Positions 38,717 to 48,827 of a stretch of DNA of 64,000 nucleotides are shown here, piece after piece (within the stretch, counting starts at the first letter, position 1; each line of letters begins with the position of its first letter). A program made the position numbers and the translations under genes. The stretch covers positions 1-64,000 of the forward strand of contig JBGAIN010000021.1 in the NCBI GenBank assembly GCA_044225505.1, read 5' to 3'. The notes beneath the pieces were generated by a model. It ran no database searches. It was not told the DNA's origin and saw only the letters and a program-made list of their open reading frames with translations. The DNA is from Limisphaerales bacterium. Lineage in GTDB: Bacteria > Verrucomicrobiota > Verrucomicrobiia > Limisphaerales > SIBE01.

Positions 38717-38864
38717 TCGCATTTCGTGCTTCATTCGGGGTCGGGGTCGGAATCGGAATCGGTATCGTTCCGGGAAATTCTATATTCCTCCGATTCAATG
38801 GTAGTGGAGTCAATCCAGCCGCGTGGCCAGATCGCAGGCCGATTCATCCCGATACCGATCCCGA
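38717..38864. repeat. Hexamer (TCGGRR)n element, copy 1
   Basis: 94-bp block 38717-38810 containing TCGGGGTCGGGGTCGGAATCGGAATCGGTATCG, with a complementary arm CCCGATACCGATCCCGA ending at 38864. Confidence 0.8.
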
Positions 38865-39047
38865 CGGTCAAATCGCCGTAGCCATTACTTGCGTCGTTTT
38901 GCACCGAACCGCGATTAACCGCAAAGTTCTCGAGCGAAAAAGAACGTTTCGGGAGTGCGGAAGCCGCGAGACGCGCCTGAAGTAATGCGTTGGCCAGGCT
39001 GCCAATGATCGTTACGGTCGATAAACGGGGGGAGGCGTCTCGTTAGC

Positions 39048-39210
39048 TCGCATTTCGTGCTTCATTCGGGGTCGGGGTCGGTATCGGAATCGGTATCGTT
39101 CCGGGATAGTCTATATTCCTCCGATTCAATGGTAGTGGAGTGCACTTCCAACCGCGTAGCCAGATCCCATTCCCATGCCTGTCGTTTTCGATCCCGATTC
39201 CGATACCGAT
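39048..39210. repeat. Hexamer (TCGGRR)n element, copy 2
   Basis: 39048-39141 matches 38717-38810 at 91/94 nt by my count. Complementary arm CGATCCCGATTCCGATACCGAT at 39189-39210. Confidence 0.8.
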
Positions 39211-39342
39211 GATCTATCCGACCCAAGCGCCGTAAGCACGGCGGTGCTTACGCGCGTCGAGAAGCATACGCAAATGTTTGTCTGCGTGGGATCTCCACTT
39301 GTGACAAATGGCGCCATAATAGGCACGCGACCGTGGTTTCGG

Positions 39343-39909
39343 TCATGAAAGATAATACCAGCGCTGGTTTTCGGTCGTGTTTCCCGGCGTATCCTGCGCA
39401 ACCGCGGTCATAGAAACCGACTGTCCAGGCGCCACTGCTTTTTGGACGGCGTAACACCACTCACCGGTCTTCGGCCCCGGTTCTGCGAATCCTTCTTCAA
39501 TCAACCCACCGCTAGAATCCCGAAGGGTCACTCGCACTTCGACCACACAAAAATCGTCCGTGGCGTGGACTCGAATGAACTCGCCTGGTTTACCGGAATA
39601 ACCGGTCAGGTCGAACGATTCCACGACCGGCGGACGCATAGCATCGCGAATGGCCAGGTTCCGCGGGTTTTGATGTCCCCGACAGACGGCTTTGTAGGCG
39701 GCTTTGAGTTTGGGATCCTGCAGCGCGGTCGCGGCGTAGCGTTGCGCGGCCAGGAACCGCTCCGAATTGGCAACTTGCCTCTCGCTCCGCTCAATCGGGA
39801 CTTGCGGCAAGGTCCGAGACAGGGTCTGTCCATCGGCTTCGTAGAAGACGAGATCCCCGATCCGGCCGCTAAAACTTTCGACGATTCTGTTGAACTTCAC
39901 TTTGGGCAT
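39343..39909 (-). CDS. Hypothetical protein: basic 'SGRIGDLVF' N-terminus and Ig-like C-terminus
   Basis: MPKVKFNRIVESFSGRIGDLVFY...AQRYA...AYK...LAIRD..RPP, then beta-rich ATDDF.V.EV.V...G.LIEEG.A...A.D.PGN. Confidence 0.75.
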   Translation of the reverse strand: MPKVKFNRIVESFSGRIGDLVFYEADGQTLSRTLPQVPIERSERQVANSERFLAAQRYAATALQDPKLKAAYKAVCRGHQNPRNLAIRDAMRPPVVESFDLTGYSGKPGEFIRVHATDDFCVVEVRVTLRDSSGGLIEEGFAEPGPKTGEWCYAVQKAVAPGQSVSMTAVAQDTPGNTTENQRWYYLS

Positions 39910-39971
39910 AAACAAAAGGCACAGGTTATGAAATACCGTTAAGCATAGCTCATGCCCGTTTCTGGGTCACA

Positions 39972-40082
39972 CCGGGGTTGCTGATGCCTCGGCCAAGCTT
40001 TGTTCTGGCCTCGTTCAGCAGCAGCTGTAGCAAGGCCGGCTAAGGCTGAACGAAGCCTGAACAAAGCCCGGATCAGCCTCGG
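39972..40082. other. Long imperfect inverted repeat upstream of the hypothetical gene
   Basis: 39997-40019 pairs with 40045-40067 (23 bp, 2 mismatches). Outer GCTGAT/ATCAGC and CCGGGG/CCTCGG extend the stem. Confidence 0.7.
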
Positions 40083-40478
40083 TTGGAGAGAGGCTGACGA
40101 TCGCATCCACTGAGCGTTTATTGTGGGTGAAGCGGCATTGGAAGGAAGCCGATCGCGCGCGCCATTTTGGCTCTCCGTGCGCCCGTGTCGCGGTGCTCTG
40201 CGTCACTTCAGCGCCAATTTGTGGAAAACCTTGTCGCAAGTCTCAAGCGGCCCAGCCGGCGTTGGGAACGGACCGTTCCCAAGACCCGTGACTTCAGGTG
40301 ACAAAATGGCACCTGAGGTTGGGGAATGGTATTGCCCTACAACAGGCCGCGCTAACCCCCTGACGTCCTGCGAACTCCGTTTTCTCATTGACTTTTGAAC
40401 CCTGGCGGAGCTGTGCTGTCTATAGCATCATTCCGGAGGGGTAAGGACGTACTGACCCGGTTGGACGGAGGACAGATT

Positions 40479-41945
40479 ATGCATGAGACGGAGCAGGAGA
40501 TTTTAGAGAAGCTACTTTCGCGAGTACGTCGGCGCCTATTCTTTCGCTCGGCTGGAGAGGCCGCGCTTCGAGGGGCAATGTGGGTTTGGCCGTTGGTCGC
40601 GATTGTGATTGCGGCCGATCAGCGTTGGGGGACTGGCCGGGCGGGAATTCCATTGGCGGTGGGGGCCGTCGCGATGGTAATTCTCGTTGCGTTGCTCTGG
40701 GCGTGCTCCAGTCTGGGCGAACGCGTGCAATCGGCACTGGTACTGGATAACCGGGCGGATTTGAAAGACCGAATCAGCAGCGCCTGCGAATTCCTCGAAG
40801 AAGGCCCGTTGGACGAAGCCAAGCAGACGCAAGTGCAGGACGCCGTGCGGCGAGCTAGGCAAGTCGATCCTAAGCAAGTGTTACGTTTTGAGTGGCCGCG
40901 CTTTTCGGCGTTGGTTCCGGTGGCGGTGCTGCTGTTGCTGCTGAGTTTTCTGGTGCCGCCGCTACGTCTGCCGCAGCCGGCCTTGGCGGCAATCGACGGT
41001 CGGCGTCAAGCGCAGTTGGAACAGATCCAGGAGTTGCAGCAGGATTTGAAGGATAAACAGGACCCTGAGCTGCAAGATGTTCTGAAGAAACTGGAAGACA
41101 TTCAGAAACAGTTTGAGAAGGGAGAACTATCGGAACGGGATCTCATGCTCCAGTTATCCAGGTTGGATGAGAATCTTAAGAGTCGAACGGCCGAACTTGG
41201 GGTCGAAAATTTAGAAGGAGAGATCAATGTCATCGTGCCGCACTTGATGAGCAGTGCGGTGGCCATGGAAGCGGCCGCGGCCATGAAGGAAGGCAAACTT
41301 GAGAAAGCGGCCGAGGAGCTGCAAAAGCTCGCGGATAAAGTGAAGGAAAATAAACTCTCCAAGGAACAGAAAAAGGAGTTGTCATTAGCGATGGGGGTCT
41401 GTGCATCGAAGCTGGGCAAGAAATCGGCCTCTTCGTTTGGTGGCGACTTTTCCCAGGCGACCGAGGCGCTGGAAAAATCGGATTCGGAAAGTTTCAACTC
41501 TGCGTGCAAATCGGCGGGCTCGAAGCTATCGCTGGTCAAGAAAGCGCGCACGATGAAGTCGGCGTGCCAGAGCTTGGGCAACTGCAAGATGTGCCTCGGG
41601 CAGTGCACATCGCTAGGATACACAATGAGTCCTAAGCAGCAGAACAAGAACAAAGGAGGATTGAAAGCGGGGACGGCAGCCTCGGGGAATCCCTTTGGAG
41701 ACGCCAATCGATTGACCGACAGCCTGAAGCAAGCGGTCCGAATCTCAGGAGAAGCCGGGGCAGGCCCAGTGCAGTCGGAGACGGAAATTACAGAGGGCCA
41801 AACGTCAGCGAGCCAGATCCATTTGAAAGAATTGCACGCAAAGTTTGCGGCGACGGCCGAAGAAGTGATTGAGAAAGAGGATGTGCCGCTGAGTCACCGC
41901 TACCATGTGAAGCGGTACTTCCAGTCGATTCGTCCCCAGGAATAA
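40479..41945 (+). CDS. Membrane-anchored coiled-coil protein of the MoxR cluster
   Basis: GGAGG RBS before ATG 40479, TM helices, LD.R.DLKDRISSA, long Lys/Glu coiled coil, and C-terminal E.VP...R..VKRYF. Confidence 0.82.
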   Translation: MHETEQEILEKLLSRVRRRLFFRSAGEAALRGAMWVWPLVAIVIAADQRWGTGRAGIPLAVGAVAMVILVALLWACSSLGERVQSALVLDNRADLKDRISSACEFLEEGPLDEAKQTQVQDAVRRARQVDPKQVLRFEWPRFSALVPVAVLLLLLSFLVPPLRLPQPALAAIDGRRQAQLEQIQELQQDLKDKQDPELQDVLKKLEDIQKQFEKGELSERDLMLQLSRLDENLKSRTAELGVENLEGEINVIVPHLMSSAVAMEAAAAMKEGKLEKAAEELQKLADKVKENKLSKEQKKELSLAMGVCASKLGKKSASSFGGDFSQATEALEKSDSESFNSACKSAGSKLSLVKKARTMKSACQSLGNCKMCLGQCTSLGYTMSPKQQNKNKGGLKAGTAASGNPFGDANRLTDSLKQAVRISGEAGAGPVQSETEITEGQTSASQIHLKELHAKFAATAEEVIEKEDVPLSHRYHVKRYFQSIRPQE

Positions 41946-42120
41946 ACGAGTCCCGGGGCGTTCTACCAAGGAGTGACTGGTCGCAGCCAATGTCGCACTG
42001 CTGTTCACTTCGATGCCTTCGTTCGCTCAGTCACCCGGAGTTGTTTCAGCCAAGCGTCATCGACAGATTTTCCCGGCACGAACCCTTGCCACGTTGGTCG
42101 TATAGGTAGCTGAGTCCATT

Positions 42121-43128
42121 ATGTCTACTCCCCCCAGCGGTTTCGAACGCAACGCCAGCGTCTTCCTGGAGTCGTTTCAACGCATTCACAAAGAGATTTC
42201 CAAAGTCATCGTTGGCCACCATCGACTGATTGAGGACGTGCTCACCGGGCTATTTGCCGGCGGCCACGTGTTGCTGGAAGGCGTTCCTGGCATCGGCAAA
42301 ACCATGCTCGTGAGCACGCTCGCCAATGCGGTGGATTGCGCCTTTTCGCGCATTCAATTCACGCCGGACTTAATGCCGTCGGACATTATTGGGACGCGCG
42401 TTGTCCATGAAGATGAACTGGGGAAAAAGCGCTTCATCTTCCAGAAAGGGCCGGTTTTTACCCAGGTGCTGCTGGCGGACGAAATCAACCGCGCCACGCC
42501 CAAGACCCAATCGGCACTGTTGGAAGCGATGCAGGAGAAAGCCGTGACAGTGGCTGGAGAACGGTATCGGTTGGAACCGCCCTTCTTCGTGCTGGCGACC
42601 CAAAACCCGCTGGAGATGGAAGGCACTTATCCGCTGCCTGAAGCCCAATTGGATCGCTTTCTTTTCAAGCTGGTCGTCACCTTTCCGCCATTGGATGACC
42701 TGATCGAAGTGGCGCGACGAACTACGGTGCGCGAAACGCCGCGCGCCACGGTGGTGCTGAAACACGAAGAGGTGCTGCAAATGATGGGGGTGGTGCGAGA
42801 TGTCCCCATCGCGGCGCATGTCGAACGGTATGCGGCCCGGCTTTTGGTGGGGACGCATCCAGGGAGCGGGCACGAAACGCCATTGGTCAAACAATATGTT
42901 AAGTATGGCGGCAGTCCTCGCGGGTTACAGGCGTTGATCCTGGGCGCCAAGGTGAGGGTGCTCCTGGACGGACGGTTCAATGTTTCGGTCGAGGACATTC
43001 GGCAGGTCGCTATTCCTTCGCTTCGGCACCGACTCATTCTTAACTTCGAAGGCGAGGCCGAGGAAATCCGCACCGACACGATCATTCAAGAGATTCTGGA
43101 GAAAACCCGTCAGGAAGACGCGCGTTGA
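42121..43128 (+). CDS. moxR: MoxR-family AAA+ ATPase
   Basis: HVLLEGVPGIGKT, RIQFTPDLMPSD, LLADEINRATPKTQSALLEAMQE, ATQNPLEMEGTYPLPEAQLDRF. Confidence 0.96.
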   Translation: MSTPPSGFERNASVFLESFQRIHKEISKVIVGHHRLIEDVLTGLFAGGHVLLEGVPGIGKTMLVSTLANAVDCAFSRIQFTPDLMPSDIIGTRVVHEDELGKKRFIFQKGPVFTQVLLADEINRATPKTQSALLEAMQEKAVTVAGERYRLEPPFFVLATQNPLEMEGTYPLPEAQLDRFLFKLVVTFPPLDDLIEVARRTTVRETPRATVVLKHEEVLQMMGVVRDVPIAAHVERYAARLLVGTHPGSGHETPLVKQYVKYGGSPRGLQALILGAKVRVLLDGRFNVSVEDIRQVAIPSLRHRLILNFEGEAEEIRTDTIIQEILEKTRQEDAR

Positions 43129-43207
43129 ACGGACTGATCGGCCCAGTTCGTATGCATCCCTTGTTGGCATTCTCTCAATCGCAAGCGTCGCGAGTCGCTC
43201 CTTCCCC

Positions 43208-44155
43208 ATGGAAGGAAATTCTGTGAAGGCGGCACATCCCAGCCCAATTCAACCAGGGACCGATGATCGGTCCGCTCCGCTCTTCAACGACGACTTTCTG
43301 GAGACGCTCGAATACTTGCACATCATTGCGCGGAAGATCTTGTCCGGGCAAATGAAGGCCGAACGGCGGAGCCGACAGAAAGGGATCAGTGTCGAGTTTG
43401 CAGATCACCGGCCCTACTCGCCGGGGGACGATTTCCGGTTCATCGACTGGAACATTTTTTTCCGGACGGACAACCTTTTCTTGAAGTTGTTCGAGGAAGA
43501 GGAGGATCTTTATATTTACCTGTTGCTGGACTGCTCGGGTTCGGTCGACTTTGGTCAACCCTACAAATTTCACTACCTGCGCCGGCTGACGGCCGCGATT
43601 GCTTATTTGGGATTGGCCGGTCTTGACCGCGTGCACGTGATCCCGATTGGACAAGCTCTCCCGAAAAGCGCGGCGGGCATGCTCAGTTTGCGTGGGAAAG
43701 GAAAGATCTTTCGGGTGCTGGAGTTTTTGAAGGGACTAAAACCTACCGGGCCGACGAATCTGACCGGATGTTTGAAGACCTTTGCCGCGAGTCGGCGCAA
43801 ACGCGGGTTGGCCGTAGTTCTATCGGATTTTTATGATTCCGGGGCGATCGCCGGCCTCAACGCGCTTCGCTATCAAAAGTTCGAGGTGTTCGCGATCCAT
43901 ACGGTATCGCCGCAGGAAACGAATCCCGAATTGCTGGGAGACTTGCGGCTTCAAGACACGGAGACGGACCGGTTCCGGGAAGTCACGCTGACCGAACGGT
44001 TGCTGAAGAAATACCGTCAAACATTTCAGGATCACTGTGCGGGGCTGGAGCGGTTTTGCCGGACGAATCAGATCGGCTACGTGCGCTGTCGAACCGATGC
44101 TTCGTTCCAAGACACAATTATCCAAATGCTCCGCCGGGAGAAGTTTCTGCAATGA
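43208..44155 (+). CDS. DUF58 domain protein
   Basis: G.SVEFADHRPYSPGDDFRFIDWN, LKLFEEE, LLDCSGS, VLSDF. Confidence 0.93.
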   Translation: MEGNSVKAAHPSPIQPGTDDRSAPLFNDDFLETLEYLHIIARKILSGQMKAERRSRQKGISVEFADHRPYSPGDDFRFIDWNIFFRTDNLFLKLFEEEEDLYIYLLLDCSGSVDFGQPYKFHYLRRLTAAIAYLGLAGLDRVHVIPIGQALPKSAAGMLSLRGKGKIFRVLEFLKGLKPTGPTNLTGCLKTFAASRRKRGLAVVLSDFYDSGAIAGLNALRYQKFEVFAIHTVSPQETNPELLGDLRLQDTETDRFREVTLTERLLKKYRQTFQDHCAGLERFCRTNQIGYVRCRTDASFQDTIIQMLRREKFLQ

Positions 44156-44285
44156 ACTTGAGTTCCCATCGCTTGAACGCAAAGGAGCGCGGAAGAGCAT
44201 CGCTCGCCTGGGCCGTGATCTCAAGGGAGCTTGGGCTGGGCTTTGCTGACGGCCGCGAGGAGACCATCGGATTTCGAAAGCGCTT

Positions 44286-46160
44286 GTGACTTTCGCCACT
44301 CCCATCGCGCTCCTGTTCCTGGGACTGTTCATTCCCACCATTCTATTATATCTGCTCAAGCAACGGCGGCGTCGAGTGGAGGTATCGACTTTGATGTTCT
44401 GGGACCAGATCCTGAGGGACGAACAGACCGTGACTTCCCTTACCAAGCTGCGCAAGTGGCTTTCCCTGCTGCTGCAGTTGCTTTTTATCGCGCTGTTGAC
44501 GCTGGCATTGGCCAGGCCGTTGCTCTCCGGAAAGATCACGGGGGCTCGTCGGATCATTCTCTTTATCGATACCTCCGCCAGTATGTTGGTCAAAGAAGGG
44601 AATGAAACTCGGTTTGATCGGGCGAAGCGCCAGGCCCTCGATATTGTGCGCGGGATGAGCATTGGCGATTCCTTGATGGCCATCGCGGTGGCGGCCGAAC
44701 CGGACGTCCTTTACCCGTTTACCGATCATAAGAAAGAACTGCGGCAGGCAATCGAACGCCTCGAACCCGTGCAAACGGAAACGAACTTCAAAAAGGCGCT
44801 GCATCTGTTGGAGTTGCTCCCCACCGACAGCCGAGAGACGCACGTCTACATTGTGAGCGATGGCGCGTTTGAACCGGTGACAATCCCGCCGCTGCCGCAA
44901 ATGCGATTCGCGTATGTGCGCGTCGGTGCCAACGCGGACAATATTGGCATCACCTCATTTCAAGTGCGGCCGTTACCTGCGACGCCGCGTGATTTTCAGG
45001 TGCATTTGGAGATCACCAACCATTCGAGCAAGGATCAAAAGGTTCCCGTCGAACTGCGCATCAATGGCCAGTTGGTGGATGCTTATGAGTATCCCATCGC
45101 CGCTCGGAAATCCGTGATCCGGACTCTGCGGCAGTATAGTGCTCAGGGCGGGGAGGTGGAATTGATTCTGGGTGTCGACGACGCCTTTGCGCTGGATAAC
45201 CGGGCGTTTGCGCTATTACCCCCGCCGAAACCGATCCAAGTGAAACTTGTCACGGAGAATAACGTGTTTCTAGAACGAGCCCTGTCGACCGATGATGGCA
45301 TCGAGTTGGAAGTGGTGCCGCCGGGTAAGTATGCGCCGACCAGTCCCGCGGATGTAACAGTGTTCGCGGGATTCCACCCGGCACAAACGCCGTTGGGCAA
45401 TTCCATCTTTGTTGGAGACTGGCCGGACGACCTCGGGTTGATCCGGAAAGGGGAAGTCACCAAGCCAATCTTCACAGAGTGGCAGCGAGAGCATCCGATC
45501 AACCGGCATCTTGCACTGCAGAACGTCTCCATTGAAAAAAGCCTTACGGTCGAGGCGCCCTCTGGGTTTGAGAAGCTGGCCACGTCGTTTAATGACCCAT
45601 TGATTCTGCTGCGCGATTCCGGAGGACGCAAAGTGCTCGTGACGCTCTTTGATACGTCTTCATCCGATCTGCCCTTGCGGGTGGCGTTTCCCATCTTGTT
45701 AGCCAATGCCGTTCGGTACCTCACGCAGGCGGAAACCACGGAAAACTGGGCGAACCCTGCGACAGGCACGATTTTAAGCCCGAGCGAATGGCACCGCTAT
45801 TTGTCCAGTGCCGCGCGAACAAACGTGACAAACGTATCGCCGACCGTCGTTTTGGACCCGGACGGCAAAGAAATCCGGTTGGGACCGGCGCAGTTGGTGG
45901 GGATTATGAAGAGTGGGATTTATCGGGCCCGGGATTTATCGGGCGCAACAACGCCGGTGGTGGCGGCCAATTTGGCCAGTCCGACGGAATCGCGGATTGA
46001 GCCGTCCGAGGTGTTGCCCGTTCGGGCCAGCCAGGGCGAGTTGGCCCAGGTTCAAGGAGGATTTCGTCTTGGATTCGAGCCTTGGTTCTTTCTGGTGGCA
46101 GTGGGGTTGGTGCTGTCGACCGTGGAATGGGGTCTGTTCCATCGACGAATCACTGAATAA
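44286..46160 (+). CDS. BatA N-terminal + vWA membrane protein
   Basis: MTF..P.ALL...PTILLYLLK...VSTLMFW, LALARP, IDTSASM, VSDG, and C-terminal TM ending EW. Confidence 0.9.
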   Translation: MTFATPIALLFLGLFIPTILLYLLKQRRRRVEVSTLMFWDQILRDEQTVTSLTKLRKWLSLLLQLLFIALLTLALARPLLSGKITGARRIILFIDTSASMLVKEGNETRFDRAKRQALDIVRGMSIGDSLMAIAVAAEPDVLYPFTDHKKELRQAIERLEPVQTETNFKKALHLLELLPTDSRETHVYIVSDGAFEPVTIPPLPQMRFAYVRVGANADNIGITSFQVRPLPATPRDFQVHLEITNHSSKDQKVPVELRINGQLVDAYEYPIAARKSVIRTLRQYSAQGGEVELILGVDDAFALDNRAFALLPPPKPIQVKLVTENNVFLERALSTDDGIELEVVPPGKYAPTSPADVTVFAGFHPAQTPLGNSIFVGDWPDDLGLIRKGEVTKPIFTEWQREHPINRHLALQNVSIEKSLTVEAPSGFEKLATSFNDPLILLRDSGGRKVLVTLFDTSSSDLPLRVAFPILLANAVRYLTQAETTENWANPATGTILSPSEWHRYLSSAARTNVTNVSPTVVLDPDGKEIRLGPAQLVGIMKSGIYRARDLSGATTPVVAANLASPTESRIEPSEVLPVRASQGELAQVQGGFRLGFEPWFFLVAVGLVLSTVEWGLFHRRITE

Positions 46161-48760
46161 TGCGCGTGGAGTTGGAATATCCGTGGTTGCTGATGCTGAC
46201 GCTGGTCGTGCCAGCGGCTCTGGTGCTGTTGCGCTATACGCTCGTGGATAGTCCCAGGTTCCAGATCGCCCTCTCGGCATTCATCCGCTGCTTGATTTTA
46301 CTGTTGCTTGTGGCGGCTTTGGGAAGCGCGCTTTGGATTTCTAAGACCGAGGAGCTTTCCTTGTTGGTTTTGGCGGATTTGTCCGACAGCGTGACGGAAT
46401 CGGCATCGGTGCAGGCGAGCAACTTCTGGAATCAAGTGACCGGACGGCTTTCGGGCAAAGCCAAGGCTGGACTGCTGGGCTTCGCGGCAGATCCAAAGAT
46501 CCTTGCGCCGTTGTCCGGGAAACCAAAGCTGACCGAAAGCCTTAAGAAACCAGCCCAAGCTGGAGAGACGTCTATTGAAAAGGCACTGCTGGCCGCTTGG
46601 GAAAGCATGCCGGCCGACAGTGTGCGACGGGTCGTCGTCTTGAGCGACGGCAACGAGACGGAAGGGAGCGCCATCGCCGCGGCCAAGCGAAGCGCCGCTC
46701 ACGGATTCCGCGTTTTCACAGTGCCCTATGAGATGCCGGAAAAGGATGAAGTGCTCTTGGAGGATCTCATCTTGCCGAGCGAGGTGAAAAAAGGTCAGAC
46801 CTTTGCCGTTTCGGCTGTGGCACATGCGAGCACTGCCAGTCGGGCGACCTTTACCTTGTACCGGGATGGATTCAAAGTTCAGGAACAGGAGCTCGATCTA
46901 AAGCCGGGCGCCAATTCGCTCACCTTTCAGGAAACGAAAGCAGCGGAAGGATTGACGAAATATGAGCTCCGCGTGAAGGCGACCCACGATTTCTTTGCCG
47001 ACAACAACGTGTCCGCGGGAATTGTGCACGTCTCAGGAGAACCGAAAGTCTTGCTGGTCGAAGGGAATGAGCGGGAAGGGCGCTTCCTGGCACGGGCGCT
47101 CGAGGCGGAAAACATTCGGGTGGAAGTGCGCGAAGGGAAGGGGATGCCGGGCAATCTGGATGAGTTGGCGGCGTTTGACGCGGTGATTATCTCGGACGTG
47201 CCCGCCACGGATCTAACCGTTCGGCAAATGAGCTTGTTGCGATCCTATGTCGAAGACTTAGGAGGCGGGTTCCTGATGATTGGCGGACAAGAATCCTTTG
47301 GTTTGGGAGGATATTATCGTACGTCGATAGAAGACGCGCTGCCCGTTCGGATGCGTGCGGAGAAGAAGAAAGATACACCCAGCCTGGCGATGATGCTGGT
47401 GATTGATAAATCCGGCAGCATGGAAGGAGAAAAGGTGGCATTGGCCAAGGAAGCGGCGATCGCTACGGTTGAGTTGCTAAACGACCGGGACTTCGTGGGG
47501 GTATTGGCCTTTGATGGAGATCCTTATGTTGTTTCGGATTTGCAGAGCGCCGCCAACAAACTGGGGATTGTGCAGAATATCGAGCGCATCGACGCCGGGG
47601 GCGGGACCAGCATGTATCCGCCGATGGTGAAAGCCCATGAGATGCTTCAAGGAGTTACCGCCACGTTTAAGCATTGTATCGTGCTGACCGATGGCGTGTC
47701 GCAGCCAGGTGATTTTCAAGGCGTCACGTCCGACATGGCGGGCGATCAGATTACCGTTTCGACCGTCGCGGTGGGGCAGGATATCGATGCGGAGCTGCTC
47801 CAGAGCGTGGCACGGTGGGGCAAAGGGCGTTACTATCAAACGGCAGATCCGCACGATATTCCACAGATCTTCACCAAAGAGACCATGACGGCGGCGAAAT
47901 CTTCCCTGATTGAAGAGCCGTTCTTGCCTCAGGTATACCGGGATGATCAGGTGGTGCGAGGCATCGACTGGAAAAACGCGCCCTTTCTCTTTGGGTACGT
48001 CATGACCTCGCCCAAGCCGACAGCCAATGTTTCCCTGCTTACCGAGCGGGGCGATCCGTTGCTGGCCAGTTGGCGGTTTGGCTTAGGGAAAGCGGCCGCG
48101 TTTACGTCGGATGCCAAAAGCCGGTGGGCCTCCGATTGGTTGCGCTGGCCTGGGTATCCCCAATTTTGGGCCCAGCTCGTTCGGGACATTATGCGCAGCG
48201 CGCAGAGCCGTGGCACCGAAACCAGCCTCACGATTCAGGGCCAACAGGGCAAAATCCTCATCGATAGTACGGATGACAACGGCCAATTCGTCAACGGCTT
48301 GAAATCCGTCGCGCAGGTTGTCCAGCCGGATTTAACGATTCAACCACTCACCCTCCGCCAGACGGCGCCTGGCCGGTATGAAGCTTCCTTTCCGCTACCC
48401 GCGACGGGCAGTTACCTGTTTAAGGTCCGGCAATCCAAGGTGGAGGAGAACGGCGGAGAAGAACATGTGGTTTCTGATTTTACACGGGGGTTAACTATTT
48501 CGTACAAACCGGAGTACCGACATCTTTCTTTGAACGAAGAGTTCTTGAAACAGCTCTCAGGGATTACAGGCGGAACGTATCGACCGACTTTGGACGACTT
48601 GTTCAAGGTCGGCCACGAAGACGCGGTGCCAGTCAGGAAGCGGCTCTGGCCGTTGCTCTTGGGAACAGCATTAGTGCTTTTTCTGGCCGACGTTGCCGCG
48701 CGGCGTTTGGATCTGGGGAATTACCGCCTGTTGAACCGTGGTGTGGATCGCTACGGCTGA
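46160..48760 (+). CDS. Double-vWA + glutamine-amidotransferase-like membrane protein
   Basis: DLSDS, LSDGNET, DNN, GGGFLMIGG..SFGLGGY, IDKSGSM, LTDG, WRFGLGK..AFTSD...RW...W. Confidence 0.9.
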   Translation: MRVELEYPWLLMLTLVVPAALVLLRYTLVDSPRFQIALSAFIRCLILLLLVAALGSALWISKTEELSLLVLADLSDSVTESASVQASNFWNQVTGRLSGKAKAGLLGFAADPKILAPLSGKPKLTESLKKPAQAGETSIEKALLAAWESMPADSVRRVVVLSDGNETEGSAIAAAKRSAAHGFRVFTVPYEMPEKDEVLLEDLILPSEVKKGQTFAVSAVAHASTASRATFTLYRDGFKVQEQELDLKPGANSLTFQETKAAEGLTKYELRVKATHDFFADNNVSAGIVHVSGEPKVLLVEGNEREGRFLARALEAENIRVEVREGKGMPGNLDELAAFDAVIISDVPATDLTVRQMSLLRSYVEDLGGGFLMIGGQESFGLGGYYRTSIEDALPVRMRAEKKKDTPSLAMMLVIDKSGSMEGEKVALAKEAAIATVELLNDRDFVGVLAFDGDPYVVSDLQSAANKLGIVQNIERIDAGGGTSMYPPMVKAHEMLQGVTATFKHCIVLTDGVSQPGDFQGVTSDMAGDQITVSTVAVGQDIDAELLQSVARWGKGRYYQTADPHDIPQIFTKETMTAAKSSLIEEPFLPQVYRDDQVVRGIDWKNAPFLFGYVMTSPKPTANVSLLTERGDPLLASWRFGLGKAAAFTSDAKSRWASDWLRWPGYPQFWAQLVRDIMRSAQSRGTETSLTIQGQQGKILIDSTDDNGQFVNGLKSVAQVVQPDLTIQPLTLRQTAPGRYEASFPLPATGSYLFKVRQSKVEENGGEEHVVSDFTRGLTISYKPEYRHLSLNEEFLKQLSGITGGTYRPTLDDLFKVGHEDAVPVRKRLWPLLLGTALVLFLADVAARRLDLGNYRLLNRGVDRYG

Positions 48761-48827
48761 GCCGTCTGGAACGCGGCGAGCCGGGCGCGGTTTCGTCATA
48801 GTGGAGAGTGGAAGGAAAGGTCAGACC

